Assembly: GCA_951406725.2 (NCBI GenBank) | Contig: OX597839.1 | Span: 33,046,001-33,110,000, forward strand | Length of the DNA stretch: 64,000 nucleotides | Reading direction: 5' to 3' | Source of the DNA: Octopus vulgaris | Taxonomy: Eukaryota | The notes under the pieces: model-generated | Database searches by the model: none | Told to the model about the DNA's origin: nothing | Seen by the model: the letters and a program-made list of their open reading frames with translations, nothing else | Program-made: the position numbers and the translations under genes | Shown here: positions 48,166 to 61,688 of the stretch, piece by piece | Numbering within the stretch: position 1 is the stretch's first letter | How the letters are laid out: every line of letters begins with the position of its first letter

Positions 48166-49524
48166 GAGATCACAAATTTACATGTATGCCAATAAACGGA
48201 GCACTGGGTTTTGTGATTAAATGCCAAAGTGATAAACTGGATAAGCTTGGATTTTCAGAAAATGAAACCAACCGATTTGTACATTGGAAATACAGTCAGT
48301 AAGTGGAACAGTATAAATCCGCGAAACTTTTCTCAAGTTTAAAATGTGATAATGATTTTTGTTATCTCCATTCCAAAGATGGAGTTTTGTATTTTTGTTA
48401 GAAACTAATTCCCTCTTCAAATGAAGAATCTAAATGATTAAATACAAAAGGGAACATAGCAGGCTTGGCTGTGTGATACAAAGTTTGTTTCTGAACCACA
48501 CGGTTCCAGGTTCAGTCCCACTGCGTGGCACCTTGGTCAAGTGTCTTTTGCTGTGGTCTTGGGCTAACCAAAGCCTTGTAAGTGGATTTGGTGGACAGAA
48601 ATCGAAAGCAGTTTCTGATGTGTGTGTGTCTTTGTGTCTGTGTTTGTCCTCCACTGCCACTTGTCAACCTGTGTTGGTGTGTTTACATCCCTGTAACTTA
48701 GCGGTTCAGCAAAGGCCCATAGAATAAATACCAGGCTTAGAAAAATATACTGGGGGTTGATTCATTTGGCAAATAATTCTTCAAGGCATTGCCCCAGCAT
48801 ACCCATTGACCGAAACAAATAAAAAAGAAAAGAATGTGGTGCCCCAGCATGGCCACAGCTCGTGAACTGAGACTAGATGAAATAAAATTAAAAAAAAAAA
48901 AATATGCACATAACAGGCTTCCACTTAGTTTCTGCCTCCAAATTCACCGACTCACCAGGCATTTATCAGTTGGGTGCTGTAGTAGAAGACACTTTTCCCA
49001 AAGTGCTGTGCAGTGGGATTGAACCAGAAACCTCATGGTTGCAAAACAAGCTTGTTAACCACACAGCCTTTTCCTCTTATTCTTGAATGCTGCAAAAACC
49101 TTCCAAGTTGAACAACAAATCACATCAAATTTAGGAGTTTGTTAACATCTGCAAAGGTCATCCTTGGATGCTGCCCCATCTTTTTTTTTTTTGGCTTAAT
49201 TTATTCATTAAAAAAAACAAAAAAAAAAAAATATTTGCAGAATTATGGTGAGAAATTGAAGAAATTCCATAAACTCAAGTGTTGAATTAAAGTCATTATG
49301 GCCGATTAAAAACTAAAAATAAAGAAAAAAATTGTCACCATTCCTTCTGCAAATTGGTGCAGCAGCTTTCTTCCCGCATCACTTCCCTCCACTCTCTGCA
49401 CAGATCTATCTAGGTTAATGATGAATAGATGTGTAGTCATATTCTAGAGAAATGGTAGCGCTGGTTCTCAGAAGGCTGCAAGACGGTAGTGACTTGTATT
49501 TGCTTTACTTTACTCTCTCTTTTA

Positions 49525-49918
49525 CTCTTTTACTTGTTTCAGTCATTTTGACTGCGGCCATGCTGGAGCACCGCCTTTAGTCGAGCAAATCGACACCGGG
49601 ACTTATTCTTTTGTAAGCCCAGTACTTATTCTATCGGTCTCTTTTGCCGAACCGCTAAGTGACGGGGACATAAACACACCTGCATCGGTTGTCAAGCAAT
49701 GCTAGGGGGACAAACACAGACACACAAACATATACACACAAACATATATATACATATATACGACAGGCTTCTTTCAGTTTCTGTCTTCCAAATCCACTCA
49801 CAAGGCATTGGTCAGACCGGGGCTATAGCAGAAGACACTTGCCCAAGATGCCACGCAGTGGGACTGAACCCGGAACCATGTGGTTGGTTAGCAAGCTACT
49901 TATCACATAGCCACTCCT
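49525..49918 (-). mobile_element. Family A SINE
   Basis: Same structure. Confidence 0.9.
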
Positions 49919-50601
49919 GTTTTTCTTGTTTGTTATTGGGTTACTGCCATGCTGGAGCACTGCCTTGAAGGGTTCTCATCCTGGGGGCCCATACGACCCT
50001 TAGGGATTTGTATAAGAGTTTGTTAGCTTGCTTCCCAACCATATAGTTCCATGTTCAATCCCACTGTTTGGCACCTTGGGCAAGTGTCTTCTATTATAAT
50101 CTCGGGCTAACCATAGCCTTTTGAGTGGATTTGGTTGATGGAAACTGAAAGAAGCCAATCGTGTCATAGGCGTCCCCAAGTGTCTTCTTGGGCAAGTGTC
50201 TTCTATTATAGTCTCGGGCCGGCCAAAGCCTTTTGAGTGGATTTGGTTGATGGAAACTGAAAGAAGCCCATCGTATATGTATGTATGTATATATATATAT
50301 ATATATATATCTTTATGTGTGTGTCACTTTGGGCTTGTGTTTGTTCCCACACCTCCATCACTTGACAACAGATGTTGGCATGTTTATGTCCCTATAACTT
50401 AGTGGTTCACCAAAAGAGACCAATAGAATAAGTACTTGGCTTACAAGAAAACAAGTCCTGGGGTCAATTTGTATGATTAAAAACCCTTCATGGCTGCAGT
50501 CAAATGACTGAAACCAGGAAGCATGGAAAGTGGACGTTAAACGATGATGATGATTTAGCCCAACATTCAGGGTCATGCTTCACCACCTCGTCCAAAGAGT
50601 C

Positions 50602-51057
50602 CAGAAGCTGGCTACCCGCATGGTTCTTGGTCTCAAGAATTTGTCTTATGAAGAAAGGCTGAAGACACTCGACCATTATTCTCTAGAAAAACGATGACGA
50701 CGTGGTGATCTCATTCTTGCTCACAACATCATATGCGGAAAGTGTAACCTCTCGAAAGAGCTGTTCTTCACTCCTGCTCCAGAGCGTCGGCTGCGGGGTC
50801 ACTCCGAAAAGCTCTATCTGCGATGATTTCATCTCAATCGAAGGAGAGGGGCTTTCTCCGTCCGAGTTGCGGATCCGTGGAATAAGCTGCCGGACGAGAT
50901 GGTGAAGATGCCGACGACTGCTCGGTTCAAAGCCTCTCTTGATCAGAAATGGCCTGAACTCTTTGCATGAACACCCTCCCTGTACATAACTCCATGTCCC
51001 CCTACATGGCCTTGCTTTTTGCTTTTTGAGCCAAAAAATTAACTTAACTTAACTTAC
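50602..51057 (+). mobile_element. CR1-clade LINE 3' fragment
   Basis: Reads QKLATRMVLGLKNLSYEERLKTL...R*RRGDLI...LRGHSEKL...FSVRVADPWNKLP...FKASLD, with a (TAACT)n tail. Confidence 0.85.
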
Positions 51058-51096
51058 CTCTTCCATAGTTAGAGATTGGCATATTTTAATTCTATT

Positions 51097-51495
51097 CTTT
51101 TACTTGTTTCAGTCATTTGACTGTGGTCATGCTGGAGCACCGCTTTCAGTCGAGCAAATCAACCCCAGGTCTTATTCTTTATAAGCCTGGTACTTATTCT
51201 ATCGGTCTCTTTTGCCGAACCGCTAAGTTACGGGGACGTAAACACACCAACAGCGGTTGTCAATCGATGTTGGGGGGACAAACACAGACACACAAACACA
51301 CACACACACACTCGCACACACATATATACATATATAAACGACGGGCTTCTTTCAGTTTCCGTCTACCAAATCCACTCACAAGGCTTTGGTCGGCCTGAGG
51401 CTATAGTAGAAGACACTTGCCCAAGGTGCCATGCAGTGGGACTGAACCCGGAACCATGTGGTTGGTAAGCAAGCTACTTACCACACAGCCACTCC
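51097..51495 (-). mobile_element. Family A SINE
   Basis: Same structure. Confidence 0.85.
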
Positions 51496-51699
51496 TAATT
51501 ACTCATTTTCTTGTACATGCCTGGGGCTCAATGAGGGATGTCAAGGATTCCATGAGGGTCTAAAAAGTTTGGGAACCCTGATCTAAACTAAATTAGAGAA
51601 ACCTATCCCCAGTTTATTTTCAACCAGCTATTTTTGTTCCCCCCTCTTGCTTATCCTATATCGCCCCCCCCCATTTCTCACTCTGTCTCTCTTTCACAC

Positions 51700-51710
51700 C
51701 ACCACCACTG

Positions 51711-51760
<50 letters not shown>

Positions 51761-52130
51761 GCTGCTGCTGCTACTGCTGCTACTACTACTACTGCTGCTG
51801 CTGCTACTACTACTACTACTACTGCTGCTACTACTACTACTACTATTATGTCTATCATTATCACTCTGTCTTTCTCCTTCATCATCTCTCTCCCTTTCTC
51901 CTTCCCCACTTCCCCACTCTTAACTTTATGCACCCATTCACATACTTCATGTCTCACCACCACCACACCACCTTTTTCTCTCCCCCCACATACCACCACT
52001 CTATTCACCCCCTCCTCTTGCCGCTACCACAGTCTCTCTCTCTCTCCCCACTTCTTTTCCTCCCCGCCATCACTGTTTCCCCTGTCTCTACCCATCCCAT
52101 GCGTTCACTATCACAATCAATCCTCCTCAC

Positions 52131-52175
<45 letters not shown>

Positions 52176-52487
52176 TATACATTTGCAGCCAGATGCACAC
52201 ACACACACTTATCTTCCCCACTCTTGTACACTTAATTATATACACTCACACACACACCTATATCCCCCCACACTCGCACACATAATCATACACATAACAC
52301 ACACACACATAGACACACAGACAGACAGACACACAAACACAGACACACACACACACACACTCAACAGACAGACACACACATATACATGCACACACACACT
52401 CAACACACACACACACACACATGCACACACAGATACACACACACACACACACACACACACTTCTCTGCATTTGTATGTATAAATGTG

Positions 52488-52518
<31 letters not shown>

Positions 52519-52580
52519 AACAGACAGACACACACATACATGTACACACAGATACACACACACACACACGCACGCACACT
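51700..52580. repeat. (TAC)/(TGC) triplets followed by CT-rich and (AC)n tracts
   Basis: Directly visible. Confidence 0.9.
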
Positions 52581-53051
52581 CTTGCATCACCCCCCTGCTC
52601 TATTACCAGCACATACTCGTGACCCCAAAACCAACCAATAGGTCTAAAGGATAAGGATCCAGTGAAGAGTTCTCCATGTTAGATAATGTAACTAAATCTC
52701 CCACATGTAATCCAGTGGGTTAAAAAGCCTTGGATTATATGAGATTATCCAAGTAACCATTAAGCAAAAACTCCCTCTATGGAACGAACTGTGTTAATAT
52801 TGGTTTCAAATTTTGGCCTAAGGTCAGCAATTTGAGGGGAAGGGCATAAGTCTATTGCATCGACCCCAGTGCTCAACTGGTACTTATTTTATTGACCCCT
52901 GAAAGGATAAAAGGCAAAGTTGATCTTGGTGGGATTTGAACTCAGAACGTAAAGACGGACAAAAAGCTGCTAAGCATTTTGCCCAGCATGCTAATGCTTC
53001 TGCCAGTTTACCACCTTAAGAATAATATAACAATAGTAATAATAATAATAG

Positions 53052-53466
53052 ACTGAGCAAATATAAAGATCTTGAAATAGAAATCAGCAAAATGTGGAAC
53101 CTGAAGACTAAAACAATACCTGTTGTTATAGGTGCCCTGGGAATGATAGCAAAAGGGGCTGATTGCTATCTAACTCAGATACGAGGAAACCCCAAAATGG
53201 CAGAAATTCAAAAGATAGTGCTCATGGGAACTGCTCATATCCTACGCAAAATACTCTCTATGTAATCCCAAGGTTTAAAACAAACTTTTTTTTTTTTTTT
53301 CAAATTTATGTATTAGACATTCACTCGTACAACACCAAAAAAAACAACAAATATATGGCACACTAGGCATAACACCAACATGAACTTCCAACCTGTTGTC
53401 TCTTGAGGTCTCTGGGTGAGACTTGGAGCCAACTTGTACAGACATAAAGCAAAAGTCAAACATAGA
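53052..53466 (+). mobile_element. R4/Dong-like LINE 3' fragment (different family)
   Basis: Reads LSKYKDLEIEISKMWNLKTKTIPVVIGALG...GTAHILRKIL, with (AAT)n on both sides. Confidence 0.8.
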
Positions 53467-53496
53467 ATAATAATAATAGTAATAATAATAACAACA

Positions 53497-53529
<33 letters not shown>

Positions 53530-53810
53530 ATAGTAATAATAGTAATAATAATTATTATTATAATAATAATTCATTCTATTCTATTTCTGTTTGTCTATTT
53601 AGCCATCTCTATCAACTGAGACAATGGATATTCTCTGACCATTTAGTTCTTGCTTTACTCACTAGGGGTCTCCTGCTGGTCGACTTCAAGTTTGAAGAAT
53701 CTGCCTTGCGATTCTTTCTTGCGACTTTCATAACTGGTGTTGCTCATTTTCTTTATTGTTATTTATATATTTTTGGTCTCTTATTCTTGACAACTGATTT
53801 AGAATGCTTT

Positions 53811-53845
53811 CGCTGAAAAGGTCTCATAAAACTGAAACATGTCCG
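53811..53845 (+). ncRNA. Degenerate hammerhead-like motif
   Basis: CG-CTGAAAA-GGT...ACT-GAAAC-ATGTC-CG. GAAACATGTC with a palindromic stem III is typical of Penelope ribozymes, but the core has a substitution and the stems are weak. Confidence 0.35.
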
Positions 53846-54021
53846 TTTATTGACTTTAAAGCACCATAACCAATTCTGTTCCATTTCTGCATTTTCTATA
53901 TTTTCTGAAAATTTCAATTGCTATTATTGAAGTTATCTCCCTTGCTTGTTCTGTTTTTTTTTTTTTTTTTAGAATTTGCTCTTGGCTCCTCCAAAGGGAG
54001 TTTTTGTCTATCTATTGCCTG

Positions 54022-54395
54022 GGCTCTGTGGTAAGTAGCTTGCTTACCAACCACATGGTTCCGGGTTCAGTCCCACTGCGTGGCACCTTGGGCAAGTGTC
54101 TTCTACTATAGCCTCGGGCCGACCAAAGCCTTGTGAGTGGATTTGGTAGACGGAAACTGAAAGAAGCCCGTCGTACATATGTATATATGTACGTGTGTGT
54201 CTGTGTTTGTCCCTCCAACATCGCTTGACAACCGATGCTGGTGTGTTTACGTCCCCGTCACCTAGCGGTCCGGCAAAAAGACACCGATAGAATAAGTACT
54301 GGGCTTACAAAGAATAAGTCCTGGGGTCGTTTTGCTCGATTAAAGGCGGTGCTCCAGCACGGCCACAGCCAAATGACTGAAACAAGTAAAAGAGT
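54022..54395 (+). mobile_element. Family A SINE
   Basis: Same structure. Further copies or fragments lie at about 1-68, 1535-2001, 5395-5550, 12220-12810, 23720-23935, 30810-31222, 34760-35080, 39680-40075, 44110-44660, 46240-46515, 48460-48830, 50020-50515 and 60238-60780. Confidence 0.85.
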
Positions 54396-54417
54396 ACACA
54401 AATATGAGAGCCTGCAC

Positions 54418-54600
54418 TAGACATGGATAACCTTTTTTTTCAAGAAGTGGGCCACATGAGAGACATGGTTCATCACGTGACGTGTCGCGTGGAAAAAAAA
54501 AATAAATAAAAAAAATTGAATGCAATTTTTTAAAAATTATTTTTTGGTAGCATGGCATTCAGAAAGACTCTCGCGGGCCGCACAAGTTGCCCCATGGTTG
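54418..54600. mobile_element. Degenerate Charlie-like hAT MITE
   Basis: Ends catggataacct and agttgcccatg, with internal GGGCCACA / GCGGGCCGCA motifs. A similar relic lies at about 56205-56400. Confidence 0.45.
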
Positions 54601-54769
54601 GCTGCCCTTGCAACATTTCTCGCCCCAATAACTTGTTGCTTACAGGAAAGACTGACTGAGTGACTCGCACTCATTTCTGCTTCTGCTCCCAGACACGCAT
54701 GTTAACCCCCGTAACCCTTACCTGCACCGTATTGCCGTCTCCCCGTCTGCCCTTAATCCTTTCATTAGA

Positions 54770-54810
<41 letters not shown>

Positions 54811-54909
54811 TCCCAACCATTTATTACCATCACCGCCGTCTCCCTAGTCCACTGACATCTTGGCTGCTGCCAGACACTCCCTCTTCTTCTCCATCTAACT
54901 GCTAACACC

Positions 54910-54946
<37 letters not shown>

Positions 54947-55950
54947 ACATACACGTGCGCAGACACTTTCTCTCCTCTCACCATCGCTCTCGCAGTGGAC
55001 CCACTCCTACTTCCACCCCCGCCATGCAGCCACGAGCCATGCCTTTCCCTCTCTCTCTCTCTCTCTCTGTTTTTTCTCCCTTTTCACCTTCTTTGTTACA
55101 CTTGCACTTCACTCCCCCACCTCCCCCCTACCGTGATTCCATTGCAAACCATTCTCCCTCCCTCTGTCTCGCTCTCTCTCTCTCTTTCTCTCTCTCTCCC
55201 TCACACTGTCTATCTTTCTCCCCCTCCCACTACGCATGCACACACTCTCTCTTTCTCCCCACGACTGTAATTCTGCTACAACTCCTCTCCTTCTCTCTTA
55301 TTCTCTCTCTTTTCCACCACGCACGCAATCTCTCTCTCTTTTCTCACTTACGCACACACTCTCTCACTCTCTCCATCCCCATCACCTTGTTTCCACTGCA
55401 ACACATTCTCCCCCTCTCTCTCTCTGTTTTTATTCCCCTCCTCCTCCTCCTCCTTCCTATCACGCACAACATACACTCCTCACACTCTCTATCTCCATCT
55501 TTTACCTTTCACACACACACACACACGCACCATCTCTCTCTCTCTCTCTGTGTTTATCCTTATCTCTCTCTCTCTCTCACACTCTCTCCCCCACCCACCA
55601 CTATTACAACTACCTATCACTACCACCACCGCCACCACCACCACCGTTACCTTACTGTCATCAACCTCCTCCTCCTCCTCCCTATCATGCACAACATACA
55701 CTCCCCACACTCTCTATCTCCATCTTTTACCTTTCACACACACACACACACACTCTCTCTCTCTCTCTGTTCATCCTTATCTCTCTCTCTCACACTCTCT
55801 CTCTCCCCCACCCACCACTATTACAACTACCTATCACCACCATCATCACCACCACCACCACTATCACCATCTTCGCCACCACTACCACCACCGCCACCAT
55901 CGCCACCGCCACCACCACCACAGTTACCTCACTGTCATGAACCTCCTCCC
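54910..55950. repeat. CT/CA-rich low-complexity region with a ~230-bp tandem duplication (about 55437-55666 and 55667-55945)
   Basis: cctatca(c/t)gcacaacatacactcc...cactctctatctccatcttttacctttcacac occurs twice. Confidence 0.85.
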
Positions 55951-55981
55951 CCGTTCCCGTCGTCGCCTCCTTCTCTCTCAG

Positions 55982-56051
55982 TAATCTCCACATGTACCAT
56001 GATGGCAGATCGAAGCTTTTCTGCTGCGCTGGGTATAACATCAATATGAAG
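55982..56051 (+). CDS. Candidate 70-nt coding exon (NLHMYHDGRSKLFCCAGYNINMK) with a GC splice donor
   Basis: Strong acceptor cctccttctctctcag|. Only one of three frames is open. It ends AAG|GCAAGT, the typical GC-AG donor consensus. Unique complex sequence between low-complexity tracts. Confidence 0.5.
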
Positions 56052-59000
56052 GCAAGTTCCTGGTCAATACCACCACCAACCATTATCATCATTGTTTATT
56101 ATTATCATTATTATTATTATTAACATTATCTTCGTCATTGCTATTACCGTAGCTCTGTGTGCGTTTTAGGCGTAGGCCACGGCTGGAGCACCGCCTTTTT
56201 GTATGTATGCATGTGGGTCACCCCTTTTGTGAAACGGGCCACATATAAGACCTAAGACATGGGGGTTTCATATCGGGCGGGCCACACTCCTAACCCCTTT
56301 TTTTCCCCCGCCCAAATGGATATAAAAATGAAAATAGATTTTTCCCTTAGGTGTATCGTCGTTCAGTAAGTCCCGCGGGCCGCACATCCCCCCCTGGTTT
56401 AGTATTATTATTTATTCCTCCGGTGCTCGGAGGGGTGGGGTTTTAGTGTGTATGTTAAGCCCTGTTTCGGTGCCGCCGAGTACTTCGTCCTTTGGATTAT
56501 TTTGCGTGACATTCTTATTAAAAATATATAAAAATATAAAGGCGGTGCTCCAGCATGGCCGCAGTCAACTGACTGAAACAAGTAAAAGAGTAAAAGAGAC
56601 GTTTAGGGGGGTGGTCCCCTTACCGTGTTTGGGAGAAGGGTCGAAGAAGGAAAAGGAAACGGTTATGATAAGGTTTGTTAAGGTGTTGTTACACCAAGCT
56701 GTTGTTGTGATACCAGTAATTATCCCCGTCATAACCGTTGGCTGTCGTCCTTGTTCCGTGCTTTTATAACAATTATCTTCGTTGTCAATTTCGTTTGCTT
56801 CCTTTTGTTGTTTAACCATAAGTCGGCCCAGATTGAGTATCCCTTTTATGATGAAAGGGATTCCATTCCAGCCTTGACCATCCCGCCTCTGTCTGTCTGT
56901 CTCTCTCTCTCTGTATAATATATAACTTGTATCACATTATTCAACGTCTTTCATTTTAAGATATAGCAGAGTATGATTCGAGGGATATTTGGCTGCTATA
57001 TCTAGCAACCTCAGTAGACAAATTGCTAGTGGCTGTTGTTTTTTTAGCCCAAGGTCAGCTCTGAATAGGTTGGTCTTATGATGAAAGGGATCCTCTTCTG
57101 ATCATGATCATCCGGTCTCTGTCTCATTTTTTGTCTTGTGGCATAATGTACCTTGGTCTACATTATCCAATGTGTCCCCTTTTATAGCTTTTATTAAACG
57201 GTAGGGCGTGATTCTGAGATAGATTTGGCTGCTATTTCCAGCAGGTCTCGCGACCTCGTTGACTCCGGACTCGACATCTTTGTCACCATCGTTTGTTGTT
57301 GTTCAATCCAAATTCCGTCTTATTGAGAGCGCTCTATCCATGACCACCCCATCTATTTTGTCTATATATATATAGAAGACTAGTGTGGGGGCAGAATTTT
57401 GGAATAGTCGTCACTAACCGACAGAGAAAGGGCGAAGAATTGAAGGTTTTTACCACCACCACCCCCACTTCATTTTAAAATATTCCTGTCTTTTATACAA
57501 GGAAAATTATGATTCCGAAAGAATATTTAAAAACCCCAAATGTGTCCATTTAAAAAATGTTTGTACCCTTCTTTTCTTTCCGTGCCCTTTTATTTCTCCC
57601 AATAGCTTTTCTAAAACCCCGCCCAATGTAGAATTGTTTTTTTCAAAAGGGTTAGGGTATGATTTGGTTGTTATTTCTAGCAGGCTGAACGATCACGTAG
57701 AGGCTTTATCATTAGATGAAGACAACACGAAACTGTCAAAGAGTTGTAATTTTTGTTCAGAAGTTGTTGTTGTTGTTGTAATTGATATTGTATTGTTTTA
57801 ATTACCGTGTTGTTATATTTGCCATCATTTGTTGCTGTTTAACCCCCGGTTTGACAAGCAAACCAATAATAATAATAATAATAATAATAATTATCATTTA
57901 TTTTGTTAGACAAATGTATCTAATGCCCCACTACACCTGATTATATATAGACTTTAGATGAGTTGTAGTGCACCTGAGCACTGTACACAATTATTACTAT
58001 TATTATTATTATTCTGTGTGTTCTGTTTAAAAAAAAACAAAGAAACAAACAAAACAGTAAGGTATAATTCGAGGGAGATTCGACTGTTATTTCTAGCCAT
58101 TGTGACGACCGCCTAGAGGCTTCCACTTCCTCGTTTGGTTGTAAATATTAAACGTTTTCACCAGAACTCTTTCCTTGCTCGCTTTCTCTTCTGTTTATCC
58201 CGATAATTACATGTGATGATCAAATTTATTTCGTTTACATTTTGCTAGGTGTGTGTGTGTGATTAGTGAATGAGAAGTAATTAACCAAATGTACTTTATC
58301 GACTTAATTATGGCCAATTAAATTACGCTGTCTTGAATTTTATTCATAATAAAATGTCTCTGAAATATTTATTTATACGAAAGAAAATAGAAAGAAAAAA
58401 AATTAGCTAACAGCAGAGATAAGGGCCTCGGCATCATTGCTCTCTTGTGATAAATGGTTAATGGTCACAGGGTTTTGTGCCTTCCCATTATTTCTTTGTT
58501 GCCTTAATAAGTTTCTAATTAAAACAAGGACAGCAACTGGTTTTTTTTAAGACCCTCTTTCCGACATTAGTTATTTCAAATGCAAGTAATTGAAAGATAG
58601 ATAAACATTTTATTTGTTTGGCCGAAAAATTAGCAGAACCCGCAAGAACTGTGCTGTTAAGGACATGACCTGCGGTGAAAGAATCCACCGCAGTTGTATC
58701 CCAGGACGACAATGTCCTCTGCTCTTATAAAGGACATGATATCATGCCATCTTATTATCTTAATTTTGTTTTTATGCCATCAGTCCGAGACAAACCAACT
58801 GCTACTAGAACAGACAGCATATTTATTGATTGCGACAAATGGTCCATTTCATTATCCCGTTAATCTCCGAATGTCTCGGAAACCTGTCGGCGTTTAAGCA
58901 GCAGTAAAATCCATTTAATCTCAAATAATCCATCACGGACCATCTCCAACGACGGGGGCACAAAATAACGGCCCCTATTTTGTTCGTAATCCATCCCCAC

Positions 59001-61655
59001 TTAAAATTAATTGCCAACATTTGTACTGGACAGAGAGAGACATCGATCCACGCCACCGACGAAATGTTTGCCCATGCTCGACAAAATAATTAAAAAAAAA
59101 GGTCCCGAATTCATTGATTACAACAATTTGGTGACTAATTGTGAAGTTTAGATCGTATCAAAAACACACGAGCCCTCTCTCGTTACCTTGCTTCTTTATT
59201 TGGAAATAAATAGGTCTGTTTTATTTTTTGTTAAAACTGCCTCCATCTCTCTCGTTCAAATCAATTGATAATATTTAATGAAATCGATAATGACGATGGA
59301 GACGTGTTTGTCCGTTCTCCCGTTATATAGACAAACCCCCTGTGTTTGTCTCTATTTGATAAATAAGATATACAATCTTGTCTCCACATGTAATTTTTGC
59401 AGTGAAATTGAGGACCGTGGAGGGCTTTTCTTCTATTTCGGAGGAAGAACAACGAACCGGACACATTTTATTACTATTTAAACAGTTCACCCGCCACGTC
59501 TCCCTCCCAAACTACCGGCAATCATAGAGCTTCTTATTCAAAGTGTAAACATTTATATGCCTCGGTACAACCTCATTTGCATAATGGTACACACTGTCTC
59601 TCCGTCTGTGACTTTCTGCTTGTCTTTCTCTCTCCGTTTGCATCTCTGCTCATCTGTCCATCCATGTCTGCTTCTATTTTTCTTTCTTTCTCTATACCAT
59701 CTTTCCTTCTTCCTCTGCTTGTTGTTGTTCAGTCTATTTCTCTGACTCACTGACTGACTCTGCTGTAATACAACGATATATATATATTTATTTATTATAC
59801 ATACATCTGCAGCATCATCTAAGGGTTTTCATATCATCTATTGAAAGAAACGAGGAAGCACAAACTAGGTGCGACTTCTAAGTCTGTTCAAAGCCGCCTC
59901 AAGAAGAGACACAAACGTTGCATTACAAGCTAACAAGACACTTGACTCGACCAGAGCTCCTACACAGCGGTTAGCTACACTTCAGCCACACTACTAACGA
60001 GACGATGGATTAGTGAAAGAGCAGCTTCACTAGAGATGATGCGGCAGAAACTGTTGACCTTTTAGTCAAGCGCTGTTGACACGGCCAGCTGCATTATTCG
60101 TTGACACCGTCATAATTCCTATGACACCTGTTGACTGTCGTCAAGTGCGTCAATGCAGTTTGCCATCTTCCCACAAATAATTTCAGAGTTAAATAAATTA
60201 AACGACAGCCATCCCCCCCACCTTTTTGCTTTTCTTTTCTTGTTTCAGACATTAGACTGCGGCCATGCTGGGGCATCGCCTTGAAGAATTTTAGTCAAAC
60301 GAACCGATTCCAGTAATTCGTCTTTTTGTGGTGTCCTGTACTTATATATATTTATATATGCATGTATATATACATGTAGATGTCGGTACTTACATATATG
60401 TTTGTATGTATGCATATATTTTATTTATTACACTATATATATATATATATTTTAAAATCTGGTATTTATTTTATCGGGTGTCTTTTGCCGAACCGCTAAG
60501 TTACTGTGGACGTAAACACACCGGCACCGGTTGTCAAAGCGATGGTGGTGGGGACAAACAAACAAGGACAAACGCATGCAAACACACATTTATACATATG
60601 TACACATATATACACATATATACGATGGGCTTCTTTCAGTTTCCATCTACCAAATCCACTCACAAGGCTTTAGTCAGCCTAAGACTATACCAGAAGACAC
60701 TTGCCCAAGGTGCCACGCAGTGGGACTGAACCCGGAACCACGTGGTTGGTAAGCAAGCTTCTTACCACACAGCCACACCTGTTTTATTCTGCCCCTCCCC
60801 TCCAATTATACAAAGGGATTTTCCAACTGTTCCTCTCCAAGTTACCTATTTTTACAACTAGATAAACTATTTCCACACCATGCCATATAGTGGTGGTGGT
60901 CATTATTTAGATTCGGGTCAACCCCTTATTGAACAGACCCCTTCTAATCAAGGCTCTGACCAACCAGTCCCTTTTTTGGTGTGAGAGGGAGGGTCAATCT
61001 ATCTAAGACCAAATTATCTAATGTACTTCCTCAATTAAGACATTAGGTATGATTTAATAAAAAATTAGCTGCTGTTTCTAGCCATTGTAACAACCATCAC
61101 ATAGAACTAGCTTTGGCACTCTGTGGCCCTTTTCTGATCAGCCCCCCTCCCCAATCAAACCTGATGGAACAGACCTATAATCAAATGCATTCCAACTATG
61201 GCCACCCCATATCTTTAAAGACTCCTTATTTTCGTTTTTTTTAACATGTAAGGTGTTATCTGAGTGAGATTTGACTGCTGTTTCTAGTAGATTAAGTGGC
61301 TATGTCGTGTTTCCCTTGTTCTCTTGGTAGGTGAACTTGGCTGTTGCTGCTATGTTAGCTGAGACAGCCTCTTGCTTTGTTTTATGTGACTGAATGACTT
61401 GTAGGTGTTCACAATATTTCTAGTTTACTCTTTGAAGTACTTACGTATGTATGTCAATGTATGTATGTATATAGGGGTGTGTGTATAGCTAGGTGAATTA
61501 AGAACTGCTGTATGAGTGTGTATATATATACACATACATACACGTATATGCATAAATATGTTGAACAATCACCAATTCTGTCATGAGACAGTAGGAGAAA
61601 GTGTAAGGAATGCTTGTGGATTTACAAAGACACACAAACCCAAATATATATGACT

Positions 61656-61688
<33 letters not shown>

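Noticed and set aside
48259-48305. Mini-exon KMKPTDLYIGNTV|gtaagt resembling a DM10-domain motif
   Set aside because: Weak polypyrimidine tract, only 13 codons, and no partner exons found.
49415-49475. C/D box snoRNA (ATGATGA)
   Set aside because: No D box (CTGA) or terminal stem at a suitable distance.
49968-51580. Single Charlie-like MITE (AGGGTTCTCA...TGGGAACCCTG) expanded by nested SINE/CR1 insertions
   Set aside because: The terminal matches are short and no TSD is visible, so it cannot be supported.
54955-56049. 364-aa ORF and overlapping Pro/His-rich ORFs
   Set aside because: CT/CA low-complexity DNA that lacks stop codons. Only the 55982-56051 segment, in another frame, looks exonic.
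57710-57745. Hammerhead-like ATGAAGA...GAAACTGTC
   Set aside because: No stem II pairing and an incomplete core; likely chance.
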